DNA of 60,540 nt from an uncultured Anaerolineaceae bacterium (lineage in GTDB: Bacteria > Chloroflexota > Anaerolineae > Anaerolineales > Anaerolineaceae), in the NCBI GenBank assembly GCA_964584065.1, contig CAZOYK010000001.1, positions 1-60,540 on the forward strand, in the 5' to 3' direction. Both the position numbers and the translations under genes were made by a program. Positions 48,259-57,885 of the stretch are shown in pieces. The notes beneath the pieces were generated by a model. It did not search any database, was not told the DNA's origin, and saw only the letters and a list, made by a program, of their open reading frames with translations. Every line of letters starts with the position of its first letter. Position 1 is the first letter of the stretch.

Positions 48259-49211
48259 TGCCACCTGCCCTGACTCTGTTTACGGCTCCCAAGCCCTTCA
48301 CCAACCCGCATATTGCCACTATTCAGCGTAACGCGCTCAAAAGCTGGCAGGTTCTGGGAGAATCGGTTGAAATCGTTCTGATCGGTTCCGACGAGGGCAT
48401 CGCGGAAGCTGCCGCGGAGTTTGGCTTCCGGCATCTGCCGGATGTGCCTGTCAATTCGCTTGGCACGCCGCTCATCAGCGGCATCTTCAAGCTTGGGCGG
48501 GAGGCAAACCAAAGCCCACTGCTGGCTTACGTCAATGCCGACATCATCCTCTTCCCGAATTTTCTGGATGTAGCACAACAAGTCGCGGTGAAACTGCCCA
48601 GGTTTCTCCTGGTTGGGCAGCGTTGGGACCTGGAAGTCACTGAGCTATTAAGCTTCGAGGGCGATTGGGCTGAGCCTCTGCGCACACGCACCTGGCGGGA
48701 TGGCAAACTTCATGAGCGGGCTGGGAGCGATTATTTCGTTTTCCCACGAGAATGTTTCCAACACATCCCGGATTTCACGGTTGGACGCGCGGGTTGGGAT
48801 AACTGGATGATCTTCAAAGCCAGGCAGGAAAACTGGCCGGTGGTGGATTGCACCGTCGATCTCGACATCATCCACCAAAACCACGATTACAGCCATCTGC
48901 CAAATGGAAAGCCGCACTACCGGCTGCCGGAAACGGGTGAGAACATCCGCCTGGCAGGCGGTCGGCGCACAATTTTTGACCTCAACGATGCCTCGCATCG
49001 CCTTGTTCACGGCAAAATCGAAGCTATGCCGCGCGACTGGAAGGGCAAACTGCGCGAGATTCAGAACCGCCCGATGCTCAAAAACAATAATTTTGCGCTG
49101 ACCCAGTTGCTCTTCACCCTGTTTCAGCCGAAGCGAGCCTGGGTTGAGTTCTGGAAAAACCGGGAGATGCAAAAAATTATGCAATCATCCCAAAATTCGG
49201 CATCGAAGTAG
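48258..49211 (+). CDS. Uncharacterised protein, possibly a GT-A-like glycosyltransferase
   Basis: 317 aa with a TGATG overlap. The LFTAPKPF..IQRNALKSW..YVNADIILFPNF pattern suggests a nucleotide-sugar enzyme, but I cannot name a family. Confidence 0.45.
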   Translation: MPPALTLFTAPKPFTNPHIATIQRNALKSWQVLGESVEIVLIGSDEGIAEAAAEFGFRHLPDVPVNSLGTPLISGIFKLGREANQSPLLAYVNADIILFPNFLDVAQQVAVKLPRFLLVGQRWDLEVTELLSFEGDWAEPLRTRTWRDGKLHERAGSDYFVFPRECFQHIPDFTVGRAGWDNWMIFKARQENWPVVDCTVDLDIIHQNHDYSHLPNGKPHYRLPETGENIRLAGGRRTIFDLNDASHRLVHGKIEAMPRDWKGKLREIQNRPMLKNNNFALTQLLFTLFQPKRAWVEFWKNREMQKIMQSSQNSASK

Positions 49212-49222
49212 AGGAGCAACTT

Positions 49223-50179
49223 ATGCGAGTTGGGCAAAATCCTGCAAAAACAGTCAAAGAAGTGGCAAAACCGAAGCGTATCACGGTTGCTGTGCTGAAC
49301 TACATCCCGTTTATGAGCGGCTTCTTCTCGGAAATGTTTGATGTGCTCAAGCTCTGCCTTGGCAGCATCTGGGAAAACACCGATCTTCCCTATGACCTCC
49401 TGGTGTTCGACAACGCCTCCTGCCCGGAAGTGCGCCAATACCTGGTCGAGAAGCAGCAAGAGGGCAAGATCCAGTTCCTGATCCTTTCAGACACCAACCT
49501 GGGCAAGGGCGGCGCGTGGAATATCATGCTGGCTGCCGCTCCGGGGGAAGTGATCGCCTACACCGACAATGACTGCTACTTCTTCCCGGGTTGGCTTTCC
49601 AACTCGCTGAAAGTGCTCGAGACCTACCCCAATGTGGGTATGGTCACCTCCCGCCCGGTTGCGCTGGATCACAAATACAACACAAGTACGATTGCTTGGG
49701 CAGAAAGCCAGAAGGATGTTGAGCTTAAACGAGGGCGATTTTTAGCTTGGGAGGACTTCAGATCTTTTGAGATGAGTCTTGGGGTGAGCGAAGACGAAGT
49801 TGCCAAGCGCTATCAAGACCATGAAGACACTGTTCTTCACTACCATGGACAGCAGGCTTTTGTTGGCGCGTTACATTATCAGTTCCTGGCCAACAAGCAG
49901 GTGTTGAAGGAATTCTTGCCTTTCGATATGGACAAACCGATGGGACAGGTGCGTCAGTTGGACGTGCGGGTTAACGAAGCTGGTTTTTTGCGACTGATGA
50001 CGCCATTGCCATACATGAACAATATGAGCAACCAACTTCCGGCATGGATTAACCCTCGGAAAAAATTACAAACACACGCTAAACAAAAAGGCATCCGACT
50101 TAGAAATCTCAAGTTAATCAAGTGGCCGTTAATGCGTTTATATGATTGGATTTTTAATATTTATTGGAGAGATCGGTAG
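49223..50179 (+). CDS. GT2-family glycosyltransferase
   Basis: ITVAVLNY..., VFDNAS, YTDNDCYFFPGW (DxD). AGGAG RBS. Confidence 0.7.
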   Translation: MRVGQNPAKTVKEVAKPKRITVAVLNYIPFMSGFFSEMFDVLKLCLGSIWENTDLPYDLLVFDNASCPEVRQYLVEKQQEGKIQFLILSDTNLGKGGAWNIMLAAAPGEVIAYTDNDCYFFPGWLSNSLKVLETYPNVGMVTSRPVALDHKYNTSTIAWAESQKDVELKRGRFLAWEDFRSFEMSLGVSEDEVAKRYQDHEDTVLHYHGQQAFVGALHYQFLANKQVLKEFLPFDMDKPMGQVRQLDVRVNEAGFLRLMTPLPYMNNMSNQLPAWINPRKKLQTHAKQKGIRLRNLKLIKWPLMRLYDWIFNIYWRDR

Positions 50180-50181
50180 CC

Positions 50182-51627
50182 ATGACGATAACAAAAAAGA
50201 CGATATTCATTATTGCCGATCACGGCTTGGCAATTATATACTTCTTACAAAGTCGGGTGGTCTCACGTCTGATTGAACAAGGTGTCCGTGTGGTGCTATT
50301 AACACAGGATGAACTGGTAGACCAGATACGTGTCCGGTTTAGCCAACCAGGTTTGATCGTAGAAGGTTCACGCTACGACAGATGCGAACAATTTTCAAAA
50401 AAATACCTGAGCAGCATTCAGTGGTGGCTCAACTTCCTGCGAAGGGTGGGCACATCAAACCAAATCAACACAGAAGCAATGGACAGTTACATCCGCCAGG
50501 TTGGTTTTGAAGCTCGTGGTCGACAGAAGAGGCTATTTCCATTAATGATGAAGGTGGTGAAGCGCCTGCGCCATTCAAAAAGTATGAGGCAACTTCTTGT
50601 CAAGCTACAGATGCTATTCACAACCGATATTTATGGGGATTTGTTTGAAAAATATCAGCCAGAAATGGTTGTTTCCAGTACCTATGGATGGCGGAATGAC
50701 CGCTACATCCTGCGTGAAGCTCACAAGCACGGCATTCTCGCTGGAGCTGTGATTGTTGGGTGGGATAACCCCTCTAGTTACGGCATCCCGGCAGCTCCAC
50801 TTGACTTCATCACTTGTTGGTCTGAGACACAAAAATCGGAGCTCGTTGAAGGTTCGGACTGGGAGCCTTCACGGGTTAACATAGGAGGCATACCCTCCTA
50901 TGATAACTATTTCAGCAGTGAATGGTTGATTCCTCGTGATGAATATTTTGCAAAACATAATCTCGATCCTGATCGAAAATTAATCGGATATGCTTGCAGT
51001 TTTGTTACTTTTTCACCAAATTACCGCAACATCGCCGCCTTGGCAGGATTGGTAACCAAGAATAGTTTGTCTCAACCCTCTCAGCTTCTGGTTCGTTTAC
51101 ACCCTAACCATTATCTGAATGATCCGTTTTACTCTAGCGAACGTGAGAAGATCAAGGCTCTGATAGACAGTCACCCAAACCTGCACCTGGTGGAACCAGT
51201 CGCCTTGGCAGGCGACCTTGGCAATTACTCAGGTGAGGATATGGATGAAAAGACTTCAATGATGGCACATTCGGATGTTTTTACGACTGTGTTTTCTACG
51301 ATGTGCGTGGAATGCGCCATTCATGATCGTCCAATCATTAGTGTTACCCTGGACATTCCTGGTGGTTGGAATAATCCGGGAAAGTTTTCATTAGCGCTGA
51401 CTGAAATTGACCGTTGGCCCACCCACTCTCGCTTTTTGAAAGCTGGGGCGGGCTGTCTGGCTGATAGTGAAGAAATGCTTCATCAGCATTTGGAAGCCTA
51501 TCTGGCTGATGATTCGCTGCATCGCCAGGAACGGGCAAAATTCGTTAAAGATGAAGTTACCTACACAGACGGTTCCGCCGGGGTTCACACAGCCGACTAC
51601 TTATTTTCCTTACTTAAGAAAGACTAA
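50182..51627 (+). CDS. HP-motif GT-B transferase (TagF/KpsS/sialyltransferase-like), family uncertain
   Basis: LVRLHPNHY ... SDVFTTVFSTMCVECAIHDRPIISV. Start ATG 50182 (GGAGAG RBS). Gene is clearly AT-richer than the rest of the operon. Confidence 0.55.
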   Translation: MTITKKTIFIIADHGLAIIYFLQSRVVSRLIEQGVRVVLLTQDELVDQIRVRFSQPGLIVEGSRYDRCEQFSKKYLSSIQWWLNFLRRVGTSNQINTEAMDSYIRQVGFEARGRQKRLFPLMMKVVKRLRHSKSMRQLLVKLQMLFTTDIYGDLFEKYQPEMVVSSTYGWRNDRYILREAHKHGILAGAVIVGWDNPSSYGIPAAPLDFITCWSETQKSELVEGSDWEPSRVNIGGIPSYDNYFSSEWLIPRDEYFAKHNLDPDRKLIGYACSFVTFSPNYRNIAALAGLVTKNSLSQPSQLLVRLHPNHYLNDPFYSSEREKIKALIDSHPNLHLVEPVALAGDLGNYSGEDMDEKTSMMAHSDVFTTVFSTMCVECAIHDRPIISVTLDIPGGWNNPGKFSLALTEIDRWPTHSRFLKAGAGCLADSEEMLHQHLEAYLADDSLHRQERAKFVKDEVTYTDGSAGVHTADYLFSLLKKD

Positions 51628-51628
51628 G

Positions 51629-52621
51629 ATGAAGTTCCTAATTGTTGGTTTAGGTTCGATTGGACGCAGGCATTTCAGTAACTTATTTTCACTGGGTAAA
51701 AAAGATCTACTCCTCTACCGGACTCATAAAGCTACATTGCCGGATATAGATTTTGGCGATATACCCTGCTTCTCTGACTTGGACGCTGCGTTAGCTTTAA
51801 AACCCGATGGCGTCATCGTCGCCAACCCTACCGCGCTGCATTTGGAAGTGGCAATGGCTGCTGCCAGGGCTGGCGCGGCACTCCTGATTGAAAAGCCAGT
51901 ATCCGACAGCCTTGTCGGGCTTGGTGACCTGCAATCTGCGCTAGCTCAAAGCGGGAAACCCGCCATGGTCGGCTTCCATTTCCGCTTTCACCCGGTACTG
52001 AACAAAATAAAGACCCTGCTGGAAAGTGGTCAGCTTGGCAAGCCTCTCTCGGCTCGCTCCCACTGGGGCGAGTATCTGCCTGGCTGGCACCCCTGGGAGG
52101 ACTATCGCCGCTCCTACGCAGCCCGCGCCGATCTTGGCGGAGGCGTGGTGAACACGCTTTCGCATCCTTTGGACTATTTGCGCTGGCTGCTGGGAGAAGT
52201 TGAAGGCGTCAGCGCCTGGATCGGCAAGCTGAGCGAACTTGAACTGGACGTGGAAGACCACGCCGATATCCTGTTGCGCTTTGCCAGCGGGGAGGTTGCC
52301 AGCATGCACCTGGACTATTATCAGCGCCCGCCCTCCCATACGCTTGAGATTACCTGCGAGAATGGCCGCATCTGCTGGGATAACGCCACTGGTGAGGCCC
52401 GGGTTTACCACGCTCAGAGCAGCACAACCGACTTGTTATTACCGCCGGAAGGTTTTGAGCGTAACCAAATGTTCCTGGATGAGATGGCAACCTTTGTGCG
52501 CCTGTGCCAGGGCGAAACCCTGCCGCACTGCACGCTCGCGGATGGCATCCGTGCGCAGGAGCTTGTGCTGGCAGTCAAGCAGTCCGCGGCACAACAAGGC
52601 GCGATGGTCAGGCTTGCCTGA
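51629..52621 (+). CDS. Gfo/Idh/MocA-family NAD(P) sugar oxidoreductase
   Basis: MKFLIVGLGSIGRRH Rossmann start and the LIEKPVS motif. Start trimmed from ORF-track 51467. Confidence 0.8.
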   Translation: MKFLIVGLGSIGRRHFSNLFSLGKKDLLLYRTHKATLPDIDFGDIPCFSDLDAALALKPDGVIVANPTALHLEVAMAAARAGAALLIEKPVSDSLVGLGDLQSALAQSGKPAMVGFHFRFHPVLNKIKTLLESGQLGKPLSARSHWGEYLPGWHPWEDYRRSYAARADLGGGVVNTLSHPLDYLRWLLGEVEGVSAWIGKLSELELDVEDHADILLRFASGEVASMHLDYYQRPPSHTLEITCENGRICWDNATGEARVYHAQSSTTDLLLPPEGFERNQMFLDEMATFVRLCQGETLPHCTLADGIRAQELVLAVKQSAAQQGAMVRLA

Positions 52622-52655
52622 TGGTAGAATTCAAACGTATCAACACGAGGAAACT

Positions 52656-53480
52656 ATGAGCAATATCCTTGAAAAATTTGACCTCCACGGCAGAACAGCC
52701 GTTGTGACTGGAGGAGCCGGCCTGTTGGGGCGGCAGTTTTCGTTAGCGCTTGCCCAGGCTGGCGCGAACGTCCTGGTGGCGGATCTGGCACGATCCGCTG
52801 CGGATGCCCACGCCCTGACCCTGCGCGAGCAAGGCTTGCGCGCTGAAGGCATTGGCGTGGACGTCACCGACCCCAATAGCACCCATGCGATGGTTCAAGC
52901 CGCACAGGAGATCTTTGGCAGCCTTGACGTTTTGGTCAACAGCGCCGCGCTCGATCCCAAGTTTGACCCTGCCAATGCCGGCTCGCAAGGTGCCAACGCT
53001 TTTGAGAGTTATTCGCTGGATTCCTGGCGCCTGGCGTTGGACGTCAATCTGACCGGGATGTTCCTCGCTTCGCAGGCTGCTGTGCAGCCAATGCTCGCGG
53101 CTGGCAAAGGCGTGATCATCAATATTTGTTCCACGTACGGGCTGGCTGGTCCGGATCAGCGCCTCTATGAGCGCCCCGATGGCACCCGGTCGTTCAAGCC
53201 CGCCTACTACTCCGTCACCAAAGCCGGCGTGCTCGGTTTCACGCGCTACCTGGCAGCCTATTATGCCGGCAAGAACATCCGCGTCAACGCCCTGACTCCC
53301 GGTGGGGTTTACAACGGGCACGACGAGATCTTCACGGCGCAGTATTCCGCCCGCACCATCCTGGGGCGCATGGCAAACATCGACGAAATGAGCGCCGCCA
53401 TGCTCTTCCTGTGCTCGGACGCCAGCAGCTACATGACCGGCAGCAACCTGGTGGTCGATGGAGGATGGACGGCATGGTAA
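52656..53480 (+). CDS. SDR-family oxidoreductase
   Basis: VTGGAGLLGRQ, YSVTKAG. GAGGA RBS. The ORF-track N-terminal extension overlaps the previous gene out of frame. Confidence 0.8.
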   Translation: MSNILEKFDLHGRTAVVTGGAGLLGRQFSLALAQAGANVLVADLARSAADAHALTLREQGLRAEGIGVDVTDPNSTHAMVQAAQEIFGSLDVLVNSAALDPKFDPANAGSQGANAFESYSLDSWRLALDVNLTGMFLASQAAVQPMLAAGKGVIINICSTYGLAGPDQRLYERPDGTRSFKPAYYSVTKAGVLGFTRYLAAYYAGKNIRVNALTPGGVYNGHDEIFTAQYSARTILGRMANIDEMSAAMLFLCSDASSYMTGSNLVVDGGWTAW

Positions 53481-54709
53481 ACAAACCCGAAGTGCTGGCA
53501 TTGATCCCAGCAAGGGGCGGTTCAAAGGGCATTCCGCGCAAAAACATCCGCGATTTTGCCGGCGCGCCGCTGATTGCCTACAGCATCGCCGCAGGGCTGC
53601 AGTCGCAGCATGTAACGCGTGTGATCGTCTCGACCGATGATGAAGAAATCGCAACGATTGCCCGCGAGTGGGGCGCTGAAACGCCTTTTTTGCGGCCTGC
53701 GGAGCTCGCCCAGGACGACACCACCGATCTGCCTGTTTTTCAACAGGCGCTTACCTGGTTAGCTGAACACGAAGCCTATACCCCCGATTTCGTGGTGCAA
53801 TTGCGCCCGACCTCGCCCGTGCGCCCGGTTGGTTTGATCGATGAAGCCATTGAGCTGATACTCACCAACCCGCAGGCGGATTGTGTGCGCGGCGTGGTGC
53901 CCAGCGGGCAAAACCCCTTCAAGATGTGGCAGATCGAGCCCGACTCACGCCAACTAAGACCTCTTCTGAATCTGCCAAACATCAAAGAGCCCTATAACGC
54001 TCCCCGCCAGGAATTACCGCAGACTTACTGGCAGACCGGGCATATCGATGTGATTCGCACCAATACCATCCTTGAAAAAGGCTCGCTAACAGGTGAGGTC
54101 ATTTTGCCTGTGCTGATTGACCCTCGCTACACGGTCGATATCGACACTCCCGCGGATATGGCGCGCTACGCCCAGCTGATGCAGAACCCCGAGCTTCATC
54201 CTGTGGATCCGTTAAAAAATCGGCGGTCGTTCCCGACACAACCTAAATTGCTGGTAATGGATTTTGACGGCGTCTTCACAGACGATACCGTCATCACAGA
54301 CCAGGACGGTCGCGAAAGCGTGATCTGCAGCCGCTCAGACGGCTTTGGCCTGGATATGCTGCGCCAGCAAGGCAAAGTGCACGCCATGATCCTCTCGCGG
54401 GAAGAAAACCCGGTGGTCGGCGCCAGGGCGCGCAAGCTGAAACTCGAAGTCTACCAGGGCGTGCAGGACAAAGCCCAGGCAATCCAGCAGCTGATTATAG
54501 AACGCAATTTGACCCAGTCAGAGGTCATTTATATTGGTAATGACCTGAATGACCTGCCTGTATTACCTTTCGTGGGATACTTTGTCTGTCCCCATGACGC
54601 GCACCCTGAAGTGATCCGGCGTGCGGACCTGGTGCTGAGCAATCCCGGTGGTCACGGCGCTATCCGTGAATTGATTGAAATTATCCTTAGGAGCGAAAAT
54701 GAATCGTGA
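53474..54709 (+). CDS. Bifunctional CMP-sugar synthetase (NeuA/KdsB fold) fused to a KdsC/YrbI-type HAD phosphatase (cytidylyltransferase candidate 2)
   Basis: N-terminus LALIPARGGSKGIPRKN (~230 aa). C-terminus LLVMDFDGVFTDD ... GNDLNDLP ... GGHGAIRE. GGAGG RBS 9 nt before ATG 53474. Confidence 0.8.
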   Translation: MVNKPEVLALIPARGGSKGIPRKNIRDFAGAPLIAYSIAAGLQSQHVTRVIVSTDDEEIATIAREWGAETPFLRPAELAQDDTTDLPVFQQALTWLAEHEAYTPDFVVQLRPTSPVRPVGLIDEAIELILTNPQADCVRGVVPSGQNPFKMWQIEPDSRQLRPLLNLPNIKEPYNAPRQELPQTYWQTGHIDVIRTNTILEKGSLTGEVILPVLIDPRYTVDIDTPADMARYAQLMQNPELHPVDPLKNRRSFPTQPKLLVMDFDGVFTDDTVITDQDGRESVICSRSDGFGLDMLRQQGKVHAMILSREENPVVGARARKLKLEVYQGVQDKAQAIQQLIIERNLTQSEVIYIGNDLNDLPVLPFVGYFVCPHDAHPEVIRRADLVLSNPGGHGAIRELIEIILRSENES

Positions 54710-55577
54710 AGTGAGTATTGGCAATCGCAAGGTCGGTGATGGACATCCCGCTTATATTATTGGCGAAATCGGTATCAACCACAACGGCGACATTGAAGTC
54801 GCGAAAAAGCTCATGGAAGTCGCTAAAAAGTCTGGCGTGGATGCGGTAAAATTCCAAAAACGTACACCCGAACTGTGCGTGCCGGAACATCAGCGCAGCC
54901 AGATGCGCGACACCCCCTGGGGCTACATCACTTACCTGGACTATCGCTACAAGGTAGAGTTTGACGAGGAAGATTATGCGGAGATCGATCGCTTTGCCAA
55001 GGAAATCGGCATCGATTGGTTTGCCTCCTCCTGGGATATCCCATCGCTGGAATTCATCGAGCGCTTCAATCCGCCTGCCCACAAACTCCCTTCCGCCCTG
55101 CTGACGGATCTGGAACTCTTGCGGGCTTACCGCGCAACCGGCAAACCGCTGATCGTCTCGACCGGCATGTCCACTCTCGACGAGATCAAGGCTGCCCTGG
55201 AGATCATTGGCGAAGAAAACCTGATCATCTGCCATACCACCAGCAGCTATCCCTGCCCACCAGAGGAGCTCAACCTGCGCATGATCCAAACCCTGCGCGA
55301 CATGACCACGATTTGCCCAATCGGATATTCCGGGCACGAGGTAGGCCTGGTGCCTTCAGCGGTCGCTGTGGCAATGGGAGCCTGCCTGGTGGAGCGCCAC
55401 ATCACGCTTGATCGTGCCATGTGGGGTTCAGATCAGAGCGCTTCGGTGGAGCCGCAAGGGCTCGCCAGCCTGGTGAAGTACATCCGCGTCACGGAGCGTT
55501 CTCTGGGAGATGGCGTCAAACGTGTTTACGACAGTGAGTTGTCTTCTTTGAGCAAGTTAAGGCGGTTTAGCCAGTAA
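54699..55577 (+). CDS. NeuB-family aldolase-type synthase lacking the SAF domain (sugar-phosphate + PEP condensing enzyme candidate)
   Basis: YIIGEIGINHNGD, DAVKFQKR, GYSGHE. Ends after 292 aa. AGGAG RBS and an 11-nt overlap with the upstream gene. Confidence 0.8.
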   Translation: MNREVSIGNRKVGDGHPAYIIGEIGINHNGDIEVAKKLMEVAKKSGVDAVKFQKRTPELCVPEHQRSQMRDTPWGYITYLDYRYKVEFDEEDYAEIDRFAKEIGIDWFASSWDIPSLEFIERFNPPAHKLPSALLTDLELLRAYRATGKPLIVSTGMSTLDEIKAALEIIGEENLIICHTTSSYPCPPEELNLRMIQTLRDMTTICPIGYSGHEVGLVPSAVAVAMGACLVERHITLDRAMWGSDQSASVEPQGLASLVKYIRVTERSLGDGVKRVYDSELSSLSKLRRFSQ

Positions 55578-55578
55578 G

Positions 55579-57201
55579 ATGAAAACCTCTCAGTTTATTA
55601 AGCGTGTAAGTCAGCGCGCGAAGCTTGAATTGGCACATCACGCCAACGATCGCCGTTTTGCAGCCCTTGCAAGCAAGGTGACTGCCAATGCGCCTGAGAA
55701 AACCGCAGCACCCGTTATTTTTTTTGATGCCTCCACGCGCCTGAGTGGAACCAGCCTGAACGCGGCTTTTGCCGCCCTGAGCGCATGGTCACTCGAACTG
55801 AAAGGTAAGCGTATAATCCACTTTGTGTGTCAGCAAGGCCTGGCGCCCTGTGTTTTTGGCACAAAGCGCAACGCTCTGCATCACCATCCTCCTTGCAGAG
55901 CATGTATGCGGCAGTCCGAAGCGCTTTTCGGGCAGTCAGAGGTGGCTTCTTTCGGGTATGACGCAGAAGCGCTCCCCCAGGGTTTGCTTGAGCCCCTTGA
56001 CCTTGACCAGCTAAGCCGTTTCACTTACGCAGACCTGCCCCTTGGCAAGCTTACACTGCCCTCCATGCGCTGGATCCTGCGCAGGCATCACTTGATCGAC
56101 GATGAGCTGACACGCTCCCTTTTCAAAAACTACATCCGCTCGGCTTATTCACTTGCATTGCAGTTTGAAGCGTTGGTTTTGGAGACGCAACCTCAAACGG
56201 TGGTGGTCTTCAATGGCATGCAGTACCCCGAAGCCACTGCCCGCTGGGTGGCGCGCCAGCACGGCATCCGCGTCATCAGCCACGAAGTTGGCATGGGTCC
56301 TTTTAGTGCCTACTTCACCGAAGGGGATGCCACCGCCTACGATCTGGACATCCCTGCGGACTTCCAATTGAACGAAGCCCAAAATCAACGCCTGGATGAC
56401 TATCTGAGCAAGCGCTTCAAAGGGGATTTCCACATGGCAGGGGTCAAGTTCTGGCCGGAAATGAGTGAGCTCACGCCGGACTTCCTGCAAAAAGCAGCCG
56501 GATTCAAGCAGATGGTGCCAGTCTTCACCAACGTGATCTTCGACACCAGCCAACCGCATGCAAACGTGGTCTTTGAAGACATGTTCACCTGGCTCGATTC
56601 CCTGCTGCTCACCGCCCGGTCACATCCTGAAACGTTGTTTGTCATCCGCGCCCATCCGGACGAAGCCCGCGTTGGCAAGGCCAGCGAAGAATCGGTGGCG
56701 GAGTGGGCGCAAGCACGCGGAGTGAGGGACATCCCCAACTTGCACTTCATCCCACCCCAGGAATATGTCAACTCATACGACCTGATCCGAATGGCGAAAT
56801 TTGTGCTGATCTACAACTCCACCATCGGGTTGGAAGCATCCATTCTTGGCGCGGCAGTGCTTTCGGCTGGCAAAGCGCGTTTCACTGCATCCGATGTGGT
56901 ATGGCTGCCGGAAACAAAAGCCGCCTACCAAACCAAACTCGACTCCCTGTTAGACTCAGAAACCGTTGAGCTGCCGTCCCATTTCAAGCGCAATGCCCGC
57001 CGCTTCCTCTACTGGCAGCTTTACCGCTCCTCACTCAGTTTCGAAGACTTTTTGAAACCGGATGGCGTCTGGGCGGGATACGTGACCCTAAAAGACTTCC
57101 CATGGCAGGCGCTGCTGCCCGAAAACTCAGCTACATTACAGACAGTCCATGACGGCATCCTGCACGGCGGGGATTTTATGCTCAAGGAGGACCCCCAATG
57201 A
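55579..57201 (+). CDS. KpsS/KpsC-like HP-motif GT-B transferase, paralog 2
   Basis: VIRAHPDE ... VLIYNSTIGLEASILGAAVLSAGKARF. Same architecture as 39224-40888. Confidence 0.6.
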   Translation: MKTSQFIKRVSQRAKLELAHHANDRRFAALASKVTANAPEKTAAPVIFFDASTRLSGTSLNAAFAALSAWSLELKGKRIIHFVCQQGLAPCVFGTKRNALHHHPPCRACMRQSEALFGQSEVASFGYDAEALPQGLLEPLDLDQLSRFTYADLPLGKLTLPSMRWILRRHHLIDDELTRSLFKNYIRSAYSLALQFEALVLETQPQTVVVFNGMQYPEATARWVARQHGIRVISHEVGMGPFSAYFTEGDATAYDLDIPADFQLNEAQNQRLDDYLSKRFKGDFHMAGVKFWPEMSELTPDFLQKAAGFKQMVPVFTNVIFDTSQPHANVVFEDMFTWLDSLLLTARSHPETLFVIRAHPDEARVGKASEESVAEWAQARGVRDIPNLHFIPPQEYVNSYDLIRMAKFVLIYNSTIGLEASILGAAVLSAGKARFTASDVVWLPETKAAYQTKLDSLLDSETVELPSHFKRNARRFLYWQLYRSSLSFEDFLKPDGVWAGYVTLKDFPWQALLPENSATLQTVHDGILHGGDFMLKEDPQ

Positions 57202-57869
57202 ACCTCGAAAAAATCGTTGCCTTGTTACCCATGCGCCACGATTCCAAGCGTGTGCCCGGGAAGAATTACCGCCTCATGTGCGGCAAACCACTCTACGCCC
57301 ACATCATCGAGACTCTCCTGAGCGTTGAGACGATCAGCCAGGTGGTGGTGGATACCGATTCGCCGCCTGTCATCGAAGGACTGGCGCGGGACTACCCGCA
57401 GGTGAAGGTGCTGCTGCGCCCGGAAGAACTGCGCGCCGATACCACCCCCACCAACGAGATCCTGGTTTACGACACTGCCCAGGTTCCCGCGGACCTCTAC
57501 CTGCAGACCCACAGCACCAATCCACTGCTCAAAGCCGAAACGATCCGACGCGCCATCGAGCAATTGCGCCAGGCTTACCCGGAGTACGATTCCCTTTTCG
57601 GCGTCACCCGCTTGCAAACCCGCCTGTGGGACGAACTTGGGCGTGCGGTAAACCACAACCCTGCGGTGCTTTTGCGCACGCAGGACCTTCCCCCAATCTA
57701 CGAAGAAAATTCCTGCATCTACCTTTTCACCCGCGATACCCTGATTTCGAGGCGCAACCGTCTGGGTGAGAGACCGATGATGTTCGAGATTGATGCCCGC
57801 GAAGCCACGGATATTGACGTGGAGCTGGATTTTGTCATCGCTGAAACGCTGATGGCTCACCAAAAATAA
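57198..57869 (+). CDS. Acylneuraminate-cytidylyltransferase-family enzyme (candidate 3)
   Basis: VALLPMRHDSKRVPGKNYR N-terminus. 223 aa. ATGA overlap. Confidence 0.75.
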   Translation: MNLEKIVALLPMRHDSKRVPGKNYRLMCGKPLYAHIIETLLSVETISQVVVDTDSPPVIEGLARDYPQVKVLLRPEELRADTTPTNEILVYDTAQVPADLYLQTHSTNPLLKAETIRRAIEQLRQAYPEYDSLFGVTRLQTRLWDELGRAVNHNPAVLLRTQDLPPIYEENSCIYLFTRDTLISRRNRLGERPMMFEIDAREATDIDVELDFVIAETLMAHQK

Positions 57870-57885
57870 TAATGAGGTTTTTCGT

